Source: Octopus vulgaris
Taxonomy: Eukaryota
Assembly: GCA_951406725.2 (NCBI GenBank)
Contig: OX597816.1
Span: 113,336,001-113,400,000 of the forward strand
Direction: 5' to 3'
DNA length: 64,000 bases
In this document: one piece after another, positions 50,181 through 62,960 of the stretch
How the letters are laid out: each line of letters begins with the position of its first letter
How positions within the stretch are numbered: the first letter of the stretch is position 1
Translations under genes and position numbers: made by a program
Notes under the pieces: generated by a model
Seen by the model: only the letters and a program-made list of their open reading frames with translations
Database searches by the model: none
Told to the model about the DNA's origin: nothing

Positions 50181-51487
50181 AATGAAATTATTGTATACAG
50201 TGCTCAGGTGCACCACAACTTGTCAGAAAGTGCATATAAAGTACATGCAGTAATGTAGAAATGTCTGGAAAGTGAACATGCTTGTGTGTGTGTATGGAGG
50301 GGAGAAAATCAAGTGTAGTGTTGGCGAATCTCAGGAAGCATGGAACTTTTGAAGGATGCAGTGCTCCGACAACTAACAACCGATGCCGGCAGTTTGTTCC
50401 ACGCTTCAGCAACTCTCAGCGTGAAAAAATGTTTCCTGAAGTCATGGGAGCTGTGCTGTTTTCTGACTTTGTAAATATGTCCACGGGTGTTAGATGGGTG
50501 GAGTTTGAAGAGGTGCTCAGAGTTATTGTTTGTGCGATGGTTGATAATTTTATGGGTGTCTGCCAAGTCAGCTGCCAGACGTCGGAGTTTCAATGTGTCC
50601 ATGCCCAGGGAAGTAAGCCGTTCAGGATATGGCAAATGCCTGATGGAGGGTATTCTTTTGGTTGCACGTCGCTGAACAGCTTCCAGACGATTGATGTCCT
50701 GGGCAAGATAGGGGTTCCAGACCGGTGATGCAAATTCCAGGTGAGGTCTTACCATAGCTATATAAAGCCGCAAATAGATAGCCGGAGAGCGGCTCACAAA
50801 GGATTTGGTGAGTGATGCCAAGACACCCTCAGCCTTCTTGACAATTTTAGCGATTTGTTTTGTCCAACGCAAATCACTGTCGACAATAACACCCAGGTCA
50901 CGTTCACTTGAAGACTTTTTGAGACTAGTGTTGTGGAGGGAGTAGGTGGACGCTGGGTTTCTCCTCCCAAAATGCATGGTGGTACATTTGTCCACAGCCA
51001 GCTTGAGTTGCCAGTCCATGGTCCACTGCTGCATTGTGTCCAGGTCTGCTTGCAATAGAGATCCATAGTGTACAGGATTTGACCTCTTTATTTCGAGGTA
51101 CAGCTTGATGTCATCTGCATATTTCAGCACTGTGGCATTCTTTAAGTTGGCATCTATGTCATTAACATATGCAACAAATAAAAGGGGGCCAAGAACAGAT
51201 CCCTGCGGCACACCAGATGTCATCTCATAGGGCGAAGAGTGCTGTCCTATAACTGTGACAACCTCTTTTCGGCCGAAAATAAAGGACTTTAACCAGTTAT
51301 AGAGTTCGTCTCTTACACCCAACGCAGAAAGCTTCACCATAAGTCTTTTGTGTGGCACAGAGTTAAAAGCCTTAGCAAAGTCCAGGTAAACAACATCCAC
51401 CCAGGATCCGCGATCAGTGATTTGGGTAACGTCCTCAAGAAACTCGATGAGTTGATTACAGCAGCTGGAGTTAGGAATAAATCCGAA
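50181..51487 (-). mobile_element. 5'-truncated CR1-group LINE with uninterrupted RT ORF (50309 to about 51487)
   Basis: YLDFAKAFNSVPH, SGVPQGSVLGPLLF, YADDIKL, ERDLGV, VRPHLEFASPVW, LEAVQRRATK, and a 3' UTR ending in (ATT)-like repeats. The first 11 or so aa of the track ORF are flanking DNA. Confidence 0.95.
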
Positions 51488-52139
51488 ATATGAATATCTA
51501 TACTCTACTATTTTCTTTATCAAGTCCTTTGTAATAATTTTTCGTTCATACTTCTTGCACTAAAGAGAACAGTGATATATAATTAATTTAATTTAATCTA
51601 ATTTAATTAATTCAATTATTTCTATTCAACCATGAATTTGCATGATCTTAATATCACTGTTCGAAACGATCATCTGCATGAATTAAAAGTCTCTTAAATT
51701 CTAACATCTCTTCTCCATTTTAAACAACACTGGAGAACCACAAGACTATGGCAGAGCTTCTTCGTGGCATTGGCTGGAATATATTACGTCTTAGTTAACT
51801 TTAAAAATATTAAAAATACACGTAATGCTACAATTTGTACGTGTGTCATGTATTGTAAATAAAAGACAATGTTTCGTTTCATTGTTTTAGAAATTTGAAT
51901 AAAAAGGTGTTTCTTTTTTCACTGATATATAAAGCCATCATACATAAATTGTATACAAATCATGTAATAACTGATTGAAAATATTTTTTGCTTTATTAGT
52001 TTGTTTATAATTTTTAAAGAAAGCGTGACACTCCTTCCGAAAGTCGTTGTGAAAATCTTTGTGCTTTTGACCATAGACCTGTTCTTTCAGGATTGAGATG
52101 TGGTTAAACAACTTTTAACAGTGCTCCAATATAATGAGG

Positions 52140-53390
52140 TAATTTGAACTCAGCACATACAGAGATGTCACTAAATATTGGTTTCAAATTTTGGCACAAG
52201 GCCAGCAATTTCGGGGAGAAAGTAAATTAATTACATCGATTCCAATGCTCAACTAGTACTTATTTTATGGAGCGCAGAATGATGAAAGGTAAACTCGACG
52301 TCGGCGGAATTTGAACTCAGAACATAAAGATGAACAAAATGCTGTTAAATATTTTGTCCGGCGTGCTGTCGGTTGTTAGCTCGCCGCTTTGATGTCACTA
52401 AACATTGATTTCAAACTTTGGCACAAGGCCAGAGGTGACATCGACTCCAGCAATCAACTGATACTTATTTTATCAACCTCGAAAGGATGAAAGACAAAGT
52501 CGACCTTGGCGGAATTTGAACTCAGAACGTAGCGGCAGACGAAATATCTATTTCTTTACTACCCACAAGGGTACGAACAAGGGACGAACAAGGACAGATA
52601 AACGGATTAAGTCGATTATATCGACCCCAGTGCGTAACTGGTACTTATTTAATCGACCTCGAAAGGATGGAAGACGGATCTTTTCGGTTTGAAAGGCAGT
52701 TTTTTTCTAGCGGTGTCATATGAAATTGTCACCCATAATTATGACCCTAGTATCGATCTATTGCATTTCAATCTGTTTTAGGGTTAGGGTTAGAGTTAGA
52801 GGTGGGGGAAGGGTATCTTTTTTTCTTCACAAATGTAAATAAACCCAATCTGTTTCTTAAACGAGGGATATATTCATACGACACAGAATGTTTTCACCTC
52901 AATAGACGTCATTAATTAGTTGAAATTGCAGAAATTGAAGAAAAAAACAACAAATATCTAACAAACTATAGAATTTTCTCAATAAAGCCAAGAGAAAAAG
53001 ATGATTTATAAACACATTCTACCAGTATACGAAGTTTAAAAGTGTTTAGTTACGTGGAAATTATTTTAAAAAACTGCCGGTCAAACCGAAAAGATCCTGA
53101 AAGACAAAGTCGACCTCGGTGGAATTTGAACTCAGAACGTAGCGGCAGACGAAGTACCTATTTCTTAACTACCCACAAGGGGCTAAACATAGAGGGGACA
53201 AACAAGGACAGACAAACGGATTAAGTCGATTACATCGACCCCAGTGCGTAACTGGTACTTAATTTATCGACCCCGAAAGGATGAAAGGCAAAGTCGACCT
53301 CGGCGGAATTTGAACTCAGAACGTAACGGCAGACGAAATACCGCTAAGCATTTTTCCTCGGCGTGCTAACGATTCTGCCAGATCGTCATT
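52140..53390 (-). mobile_element. Nested/tandem SINE cluster (second tRNA-head SINE family)
   Basis: Repeated gaaaggatgaaagrcaaagtcgacctcggcggaatttgaactcagaacgt units. A single copy lies on + at about 61790-61980. Confidence 0.8.
52676..53097. mobile_element. Merlin-type MITE (GG-starting TIRs, 8-bp TSD) inserted in a SINE
   Basis: TIRs GGATCTTTTCGGTTTGA...GGCAGTTTTTT and TSD tggaagac/tgaaagac. Partial copy at about 54230-54449. Confidence 0.8.
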
Positions 53391-53616
53391 GAATATTGGA
53401 AATGCGTTTAGTGCAGCGTTTATTACATGTCTTCGCTACTCCACAGACAATTATTTTAATGATAACGAATGAAAGTGTAAATTTCCAGTGAAAAATCTTT
53501 CAAGTTTATAATCAACCATTATTGCACTTTAGGGACATGTAAAGCTTGATCTCAAGAACAGTATCTAACAATGACATCAAAATAGCTATTAGATCAAAAG
53601 AAACAGTGATATAGAT

Positions 53617-53651
<35 letters not shown>

Positions 53652-54775
53652 CACACACACACACTTATACATATAAAGAGGGAAAGAAATACACACATAC
53701 ACACAAAGACACACGAATGTTTGTGCATGTATGTATACACACCCGTCTTCGTCATATATATATATCAAGGGAGAGAGCGAAAGAAATATACGCACATATT
53801 CAAACATGATATGATACTCTTTGTGAGCCTTCCTTTCATCGTCTGCAATACAAATTCTTTTGTGATTATTTCTATCTCTTCAGATTTATCTGTCACTATT
53901 TTTATTATCTTACTCTTTCTTCTTTTAGTCTCGCCGACTTTATCTTTTTTTTCCTTTCATCGTACAGTCTATTGTTGCATTTGAGAGTTTTAATTGCCGC
54001 GTTACTTAGTGTTACTCAAGTCGGTTGTGTGTTGAACTAAACCGAATAAAAGGTTCGGGGTTTCATTTCCTCTTATCGGCTTTGGTCAATATTCGTGAAC
54101 GAAGAAACGTAACATCTGCTAGTTAATAACACTTAAAATACCTACTACGTATACAGATATTAAAGTTACTAAATTTAAGTCTCAATATTTTTCATTTGAT
54201 TAAGGTAGAACCGTTAGCCCGCCAGTCAAAATGCAACGGCAGTAATTTTATTCACGCATCATTGATTGGTTGAAATTACCGAAATACGACAACTTTAACA
54301 AAAGATAACTTCCGAAATACAGAATTTTCTCAGCAACGCCAAGAGTAAAAGATGTTTTATGTGACACATTCTACAAGTATACGAAGTTTGAAAGTGTTTA
54401 GTTACAAAAAATTACTTTATAAATCTGCCGGTCAAAAGGTAAAGATCCCTACATAGGCCAATAAACCTTCATCTCTTTTTTTCTTTTTCTAAGACTGTGA
54501 TGTAGAGAGAATTTGGTTGCTGTTTCTAGCAATTCCAGTGGCGGCGTGAAGGTTCTCTCGTCGAGTCGTCAAAATATGAATTGTACTTTGAAATATGTTG
54601 AAAACTCAATGTATAGGCACAGGAGAGTGTGTGTAGTAAGTAGCTTGCTTACTCATCACATAGTTCCGTGTTCAGTCCCAGTGTGGCACCTTGGGTAAGT
54701 ATCTTCTACTATAGCTTCAGGCCGACCAAAGCCTTGTGAGTGGAATTGGCAGACGGAAACTAAAAGAAGCCCATC

Positions 54776-54815
<40 letters not shown>

Positions 54816-54956
54816 GTGTGTGTGTGTGTTTATATGTTTGCGTGTCTGTTTGTTTCCCCAACATCGGTTGACAACCGATGCTGGAGTGTTTACGCCTTCG
54901 TAACTTAGCGGTTCGGCAAAAGAAGCCAATAGAATAAGTACTAGGCTTATAAAGAA

Positions 54957-55470
54957 CTAGCAGTATCGCCCGGCGTTGCTCGGGTTTGTAAGGGAAATAA
55001 CTATATAAGCATTTTTAGAGAGTTACTTCCTTTATAGATGCCAATTCGGGCTTTCTTAGCCATTTCTGTTTTGGTGTCTTCAAGCCATGAAGTCGTTGTT
55101 CTAAAAGAACGCTGGTCTCCTTGACAACGCTTTACGACGTTGATTTCCTTAAACTCCCTTCCCCACAGCTTCACGAGGGAGGGAAGAAGGGGGAGAAGCA
55201 AACACAGGTGCAGGTGTTTGAGCGTGGACGCCAACTCCGCCGCCATCGACACACAAAAAATTATGCATTAAAATGGAATAAAAAATTATGTTAAATTATT
55301 TTTAAAATCGTAGACTCATCGTAGAAGCGCGCTAATAGCCAGACGGGCTCGATATTAATCACGACTATAAGATACCCGAATTTGGTTAAACTGCACTGCA
55401 AAATGTGGGAGTTAGGAATCTAAATCGTAGGAGACAGACATTCACACAACTACAGTTTTATATATATAGA
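54957..55470 (-). mobile_element. Non-autonomous Helitron inserted in a SINE
   Basis: Splits the SINE sequence aaagaa|taagtcctgggg cleanly. TC 5' end, hairpin plus CTAG 3' end. Confidence 0.9.
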
Positions 55471-56019
55471 TAAGTCCTGGGGTCGATTTGCTCGACTAAA
55501 GGCGGTGCTCCAGCATGGCCGCAGTGAAATGACTGAAACAAGTAAAAGAATTGGCGCAGACATGACAGTGTGGTTAAGAAATTCGCTTCGCAACCACGTG
55601 GTTTCGGTTCAGTTCCACTGCGTGGACTCCTTGAATAAGTGTCTTCCACTCTATCTATCTCTCTTTTTCTCTTTCTCTGTATATAAATATATATACAGAT
55701 CACACATCAGAAACAAAACAAAAAAAAAAAAAAGAATTACACAAAATTCCACTGTGTAAGCGTCTATAAATATGTGGAAACAGCTGATTCAAGAATTTTC
55801 CCTTCTACAAATGCCCAAAAGTTGAGCTCATAGTACCGGAAGGCAATGGAAATATATTTCATCAAAAGATTCTTACCTAAATAAAACACATTAAAAAAAA
55901 AAAAAAAAAAAAGCATGAGCATATGACATATCCTTCCTTAAAAGTTCTCATTACTGTTACTAAAATAATTGGGAAAATTTGCTTAAACAACTAAGACACA
56001 CAACACACACACACGCATA

Positions 56020-56530
56020 CTAGCAGTATCGCCCGGCGTTGCTCGGGTTTGTAAGGGAAATAACTATATAAGCATTTTTAGAGAGTTACTTCCTTTATAG
56101 ATGCCAATTCGGGCTTTCTTAGCCATTTCTGTTTTGGTGTCTTCAAGCCATGAAGTCGTTGTTCTAAAAGAACGCTGGTCTCCTTGACAACGCATTACGA
56201 CGTTGATTTCATTAAACTCCCTTCCACACAGCTTCACGAGGGAGGGAAGAAGGGGGAGAAGCAAACACAGGTGCAGGTGTTTGAGCGTGGACGCCAACTC
56301 CGCCGCCATCGACACACGAAAAATTATGCATTAAAATGGAATAAAAAATTATGTTAAATTATTTTTAAAATCGTAGACTCATCGTAGACGCGCGCTAATA
56401 GCCTGACGGGCTAGATATTAATCACGACTATAAGATACCCGGTTTTGGTTATACTGCACCGCAAAATGTGGGAGGAGTTAGGAATCTAAATCGAAGGGGA
56501 CAGACACTCACACAACTACAGTTTTATAGA
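56020..56530 (-). mobile_element. Non-autonomous Helitron flanked by a direct duplication
   Basis: Same family and termini as 54957-55470. Confidence 0.9.
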
Positions 56531-57325
56531 TATACAGATCACACATCAGAAACAAAACAAACAAAAAAAAAAAAGAATTACACAAAATTCCACTGTGTAA
56601 GCGTCTATAAATATGTGGAAACAGCTGATTCAAGAATTTTCCCTTCTACCTAAATAAAACACATTTAAAAAAAAAAAAACCATGAGCATATGACAAATCC
56701 TTCCTTAAAAGTTCTCATTACTGTTACTAAAATAATTGGGAAAATTTGCTTAAACAACTAAGACACACAACACACACACGCATACGCACGCACACTCTCG
56801 CTTTCACACATACACACATTTAATGACTTTCTAAAACAATTTTGATAGGGTAATGTTTTCTACGGCTGGATAACATGGCAACTGCCCCCCCCCCCCCAAA
56901 AAAAAAGAAAGACAAAAATACAATGACTAAAAGAAAAGTGACCCCTTGAACTTCCATCAATTTCAACCATCTCAGAAAAGACCCATTCTCTTTCTTCCTT
57001 CTAACCGAGTCTCTAAAAATTGCCCCCCCCCCCCCACACACACATAGAAGACAGATTTTCTCTAAAAAAAATCATCCCTAATGAATCTCTGAAATGAGAT
57101 GAAAGAGCTAAAATTATCATCTAAAATTCTGACTAGCTTCCTTTTATTATTATATGTGTGCGCACGTGTGTATGTGTACCTATGTTTGTCCCGCACCACC
57201 GATTGACAACCGGCGTCGGTGTGTTTACATACCCGTAACTTAGTGGCTCGACAAATGTAACCGATGGAATAAGTACGAGGCTTAAAAGAGAAGTACTGGG
57301 AATCGACACACACACATATACGTAC

Positions 57326-57376
<51 letters not shown>

Positions 57377-57950
57377 AATATATATATATATATTTATATA
57401 TATATGCATGGCATGTATACTTGCATATATACACACGCACGCACACACATACACACACACACACACACACCAGTTTCTCTTCTTATTTACCTAAATTTTT
57501 ATGCTAATGACACTAACATCTGATCTCTTTTCTTTCACAAGTGACAGACTTAATTCGTTCATTTTGGATCAACAAATAATAAGATTAAAAAGTTATCTGC
57601 TGAAATAAAAAAAAAGTTGCGTTGTTATTAAATGTCCATTACTCCATTCTAATATTTGTGTAGTGCAATCACGTCTAGATACAAAGTAGGTATTCGTTCA
57701 CACAAGTCCTGTGTTAAACAGAATTATAATTCGTTGGACTATCTTTGAGAATTTATTCCCTTTAATCCCAAAGACACTGACATCAATCAAGAATTGACTA
57801 AATAACCTCTCGTACATGTCTACAAACACACATACTTATGTGTATTTATGTATGACCGTACACTTTTTTATTTGTATGTGTACATGTATATGTGTGTATA
57901 TACATGTGTATGTATGTATGTATGACCGTACACTTTTATTTCTGTGTACA

Positions 57951-58007
<57 letters not shown>

Positions 58008-59738
58008 ATGTATATACATGTGTGTGTGTGTATGTGTATATTCATTGATCTACATTGTTATATGTATGTACGTATATGTGAACATATAGATGTGTTTATG
58101 TTGTGTATTCATTGATCTACAGTTACTATTTTTTTGTTTAGATACAAAATTAGAGTCTATATAATCTTATGCAAACAATTGAGATATTTAAAATGGTTTT
58201 AAATGACATCTTGACTATTCTTTATTATTTTTTTTGATTATTATTAATTTTTTTTATGTATATTTGTGCGAAAATAAATCTTTTAAACGTACAATCGTCT
58301 GCTTCATTGATATTCTTCTGCGTGTCGAATGTCGGTTGATGAAAACTTATAAAAGCAACATTTGGTAAGTATTCACTTTAAATTAGATACTAGAAACAAC
58401 AAAATAATATTGATATTCCAAAACACTCCTTATATTGAAGATATTTCTACTGTATTTTTGTTAAAAACGTTTCAATTTTATTTTTGTATATCTTATTTCA
58501 AATTTCTTGTAAACTTAAAACGTTGCTGCAACACGGTTTGGGGATATAAAGTATTTTGTAAATAATATACTGTTATCTATTATTATTATTGTTGTGGTAC
58601 TGTTTTTTTGACAAACGAAACGCTTAATCGGACAAAATTTTTTGAATTGGATGAAGATATCTATAATTTCATTAAAAAATGTTGACTGATTAAAACTCCA
58701 TTTTTATCACGCCGTGATAAGTCTGCAGATGAATATAGACAACTAAATCCCTTACACAACTAAACTGGTCAAGATACCAGTCATCTATACAGTTATAAAA
58801 AGTATTGACTCTTTAATTTTATCCGATAAAGCTATATTTACAGAAAAACACCCCAACAGTTAAATACAACATAAGCAAAAGTAATGTATTCTACGACATA
58901 TTTCAATATTTTGCGTATGAGCGTCATTGTTGTTGTTGTTTAACACCAGGCCAGTTCTGATTGTCCTGATCTGCGATCAAACAAGTTCCTGATTGGATCA
59001 TCATTTCTTATTGTCAGACATAATACCTTTAAGACTATATTATTCAATGTTTTTTATTTTTATTTTTATGACGGTACTGTGTGGTTTGGTGGCGATTTGG
59101 CTGCTATCTCTAGTAGCTACAAGCGACTATGTAATAGTTTTTTTTTTCATTGGCATCAGCGTTTGTTCACCTCACAATGACCTTTCCCGAATCAAACCAA
59201 TTCTTGTAAGATAGAAACTGAAATCGCATCAGATGGACTGAAGCCTTTTCACTGTGTATATATATAATTCTTTTTACAATAGTGTTGACAGTGACTTCGA
59301 AGTTTCGGTCTAGCCTTCATGAGACAGTCTGATAATGAAGCCGGCCGAAATTTCGAAATATATATGCGTGTGTGCTTGTTCCCCATCACCACTGGTTCGA
59401 CAAAAAAGACCGATATAATAAGTGCCTAGCTTAAAAAAAAAAATTAAGTACTGGGGTTGATTCATTCGACTAATAATTCTTCAAGTCGGTGCCCCAGCAT
59501 GGCCGCAGTCTAATGACTGAAACAAGTAAAAGATAAAAAAAATAATAACTCGACATCAACAAAACTGTATACACCTCTCTCTCTCCAAGTTTCAAAATCG
59601 TGGTTAGTTTTCAATTTATTTGTCTGACATCCTCCTCCATTTCGGTTTCACCAATCAAATTTTGGTGGTCGGGAAGCTCGCTTACTTAGAAACTCTGCCA
59701 TTCCCTCCTACCCATTTTTGCAATTTTTATTTTCTATA

Positions 59739-60253
59739 TCTATATATATAAAACTCTAGTTGTGTGAGTGTCTGTCCCCTTCGATTTAGATTCCTAACTC
59801 CTCCCACATTTTAACCAAATTCGGGTATCTTATAGTCGTGATTCATATCGAGCCCGTCTGACTATTAGCGCGCGTCAACGATGAGTCTACGATTTTAAAA
59901 ATAATTTAACATCATTTTTTATTCCATTTTAATGCATAATTTTTCGTGTGTCGATGGCGGCGGAGTTGGCATCCACGCTCACAGCTGCACCTGTTTGCTT
60001 CTCCCCCTTCCCTCCCTCGTGAAGCTGTGGGGAAGGGAGTGTAAAGAAATCAACGTCGTAATGCGTTGTTAAGGAAACCAGCGTTCTTTTAGAACAACGA
60101 CTTCATGGCTTGAAGACACTGAGTCAACGATTTAAAAAAAAAATTATCATTTTTTATTCCATTTTTAATGCATTTTTTTTGCTATAACTCTCTAAAAATG
60201 CTTATATAGTTATTTCCCTTACAAACCCGAGCAACGCCGGGCAATACTGCTAG
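59739..60253 (+). mobile_element. Non-autonomous Helitron
   Basis: A|TCTATATATATAAAA...cccgagcaacgccgggcaatactgCTAG|T. Confidence 0.9.
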
Positions 60254-60418
60254 TACCATATAAACATGTACATCTTTTAGAACATTGTCATTTTATAAGA
60301 TTTTGTTGGCAAATATTTCAATTCACATAAACATTTATTTACATGAAAGAAAATTACCGGAGAACTTTCATCTACTTCTTCCAAATCCTTCTGTTAAACT
60401 GTACTGAAACCATTAAAA

Positions 60419-60780
60419 TAATAATAATAATGAAATTATTGTATACAGTGCTCAGGTGCACCACAACTTGTCAGAGTATATGCAGTAATGTACAAATGTC
60501 TGGAAAGCGAACAATGCATGAGTCAGATACATGCTTGTGTGTGTATGGAGGGGAGAAAATCAGGTGTAGTGTTGGCGAATCTCAGAAAGCATGGAAGTTT
60601 TGAAGGATGCAGTGCTCCGACAACTAACAACTGATGCCGGCAGTTTGTTCCATGCTTCAGCAACTCTCAGCGTGAAAAAATGTTTCCTGAAGTCATGGGA
60701 GCTGTGCTGTTTTCTGACTTTGTAAATATGTTCACGGGTGTTAGATGGGTGGAGTTTGAAAAGGTGCTCAGAGTTATTGT
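60419..60780 (-). mobile_element. Short 3' copy of the CR1-group LINE
   Basis: Near-identical to 50181-50530, with an (AAT)n tail at 60419-60431. Confidence 0.9.
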
Positions 60781-61290
60781 TATTAGTGGGAATATTTTAT
60801 CACCACAACTAGTCGCACACCACAAGGTTTAACGGACCATACTAAAGCAAGCCAGCACGCCCGTAGTACGTAGTATTACTACGGGCGCCGTAGTACGTAG
60901 TATTACTACGGGCGACGGCGAGGCTAAGGCGTTGGGAAAGCCAAGCGTCCTCACGGCCATCACCTGACACCACGGTGAGGCGGGCTGCCAACGTCGACAA
61001 GAACTTCACGATTAGTGGCCCACTCCGTCCGAACGTCTCAAACGCCGCAGGTTGGAAGGGATAGTTCACTGTCAGGTCCCGATACTTCAGGGTTTTCTTC
61101 CGTTCGGCTACGGAAATAGTGACCCTCCCATTAATTGCAGCATCCAGTATATGGGAGGGAGCAAAGGAGTCGCAGACTGTGACGTCCCAAATGAGCCACC
61201 TACCTCTAACCCGGGACTGAGGGTAAGACCATTTGGCTTCTTTCCATACTTCTGGATAACCCCGACGGCTCCAGAACTGAGGGGGTATTA
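60781..61290 (-). mobile_element. CRE-clade-like non-LTR element 3' fragment (RLE domain)
   Basis: LEPSGLSR...KKPNGLTLSP...LIWDVTVCDSFAPSH...FQPAAFETFGRSGP...WLSQRLSLAVARSN, with an internal 27-bp tandem duplication at about 60861-60914. Confidence 0.8.
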
Positions 61291-62925
61291 ATCCGAGCCT
61301 AGGCCTGCTTAATGATTAGGTTTAGCTTGGTGTGACGAACGAAGTCAACAATGATAGGGGCAATAATACAAGCTGGGGTATACTTTTGCAATTGATTTTT
61401 TACTTAGAGATCCTGCGACGGCTTCCCGAAACTGGTGAGGTTAGTCTGGTTAATATTCATTTTCAACGACTGATAATCGACGACTGCAAGACGGAGGTGG
61501 GGGAAGAAAAAAAGGAAGACAAAGCCGGTCAAGAAATCCAGGATGTTAATGCTTTGATGGATCGTAGGACCTCATGATTGCACAGATAATAAATAAACGT
61601 TTTGTTACTTTCACCAATGAGAGAGTCTTTACATAGTAGTAGTAGCCAACTCATCACCAAATCATACATACAACTATCTTATGAATGAGAAGGCACATTG
61701 GATAATGAAGTTTTAAGCCATAAAACTATTATGTCTGGAAATAAGTGAACGATTGAAGGTAATAATGATAGGGGCATTAAAGGCAATGAATTGGCAGAAT
61801 CGTTAGCCGCTGAACTAGAAGCTTAGCAGCATTTCGTCCGGAATTTTAATTCCGCCGAGGTCGACTTTGTCTTTCATCCTTTTGGTGTCGGTAAAATAAG
61901 TACTAGATAAGCACCAAGATAAATGTAATCGATTCCCTACCCCACCCGAAGTTGCTGGCCTTATACCGAAATTTGAATTTAACAATGCTAGGGGCAATAA
62001 TACAAGCTGGGCTATACTTGTAATTGAAATGGCGAGCCTTGACACTCACTGCGTTTTGTTGATTCTGGTTGAGGCATTATTTTAAGGATACAAATGTCTG
62101 GAATTCTGTTATAATTCAGTGAATAGTTGGTATTGTTGATCGAAGATCAGGAACATTCATCGTCCAAAATCAACTGAGTATCCATTAAAAAAAAAACATA
62201 AATTAAAAGATAATTGCACAACGATATATTACTTATTAGATATTCAATTTTAGGCAAAAAAAAAAGTGTGAATAGGGGACGGTTCTCCCAAATGTTAAAT
62301 CGTTCTTTCTTTTTGCTTAGACTGGAATAAAGTAAAAAAAAAAATGTCGACATTCGATTGAAGCAATTTGTGTTGGAAATCCTTTGATGATAGGGCTGTT
62401 CTGATCTACGTAGTCGCTCAACCTGCTGGAAAGAATAGTTGAATAACAACTCACACGCTACCATTTTAAAACGTATGATGTGATTATTTTTATTTGATCA
62501 GTTTGCAGGAAAGAACATTGCCCACGACCTACAAGGTTCCTTTAAAAGACCGGTGAGACCGATGTCATTAATGTTTTTGTTGAGCCTCTGTCAGTCAACT
62601 CCAGTGGAAAAGGCATGAGCAAAGAAGCTTTCTAGAGGGTCGATATACTAGGAAGGAGTGGACCTAGTAAACAGGAATTTAGGCAAAAATGGCACAAGTG
62701 AAAAAAAAAACAGGTAAAAATAGCACAATAAGCTTACTGAAATATACACTTTTGGCCCATAGTCCGTATTTTACCAGTTTCATTCTTTACTTTATGCATA
62801 CATACATACACACAGATATATATATATATATATATAGTTAATCCAAACAAGAAAGCACAAAAAACACAACAACGCGTGGACGTGGAACAAATATAGTATT
62901 ATTGGACGCTCAGGAAAGTAGGAGG

Positions 62926-62960
62926 GTTTAACGTTTCGAGCGGAGCTCTTCGTCGGAAAC
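62926..62960 (-). ncRNA. Minimal type I hammerhead ribozyme-like motif (Penelope-type)
   Basis: gttt-CCGACGA-a-gagc-tcc-gctc-GAAA-cgtt-aaac: core with U4 to C, stem II gagc/gctc, palindromic AACGTT stem III, stem I gttt/aaac. Lies in an approximately 200-bp repeat between (TA)n tracts. Confidence 0.6.

Noticed and set aside
52778-52802. True telomere or chromosome-fusion scar
   Set aside because: Only two perfect units, internal to a TIR element.
43694-56315. Recurrent ~83-aa ORF (LLLPLLPSLVKL...SFRTTTSWLEDTKTEMAKK)
   Set aside because: It lies inside the non-autonomous Helitron, has different starts and frames among copies, is broken in two copies, and shows no recognisable domain.
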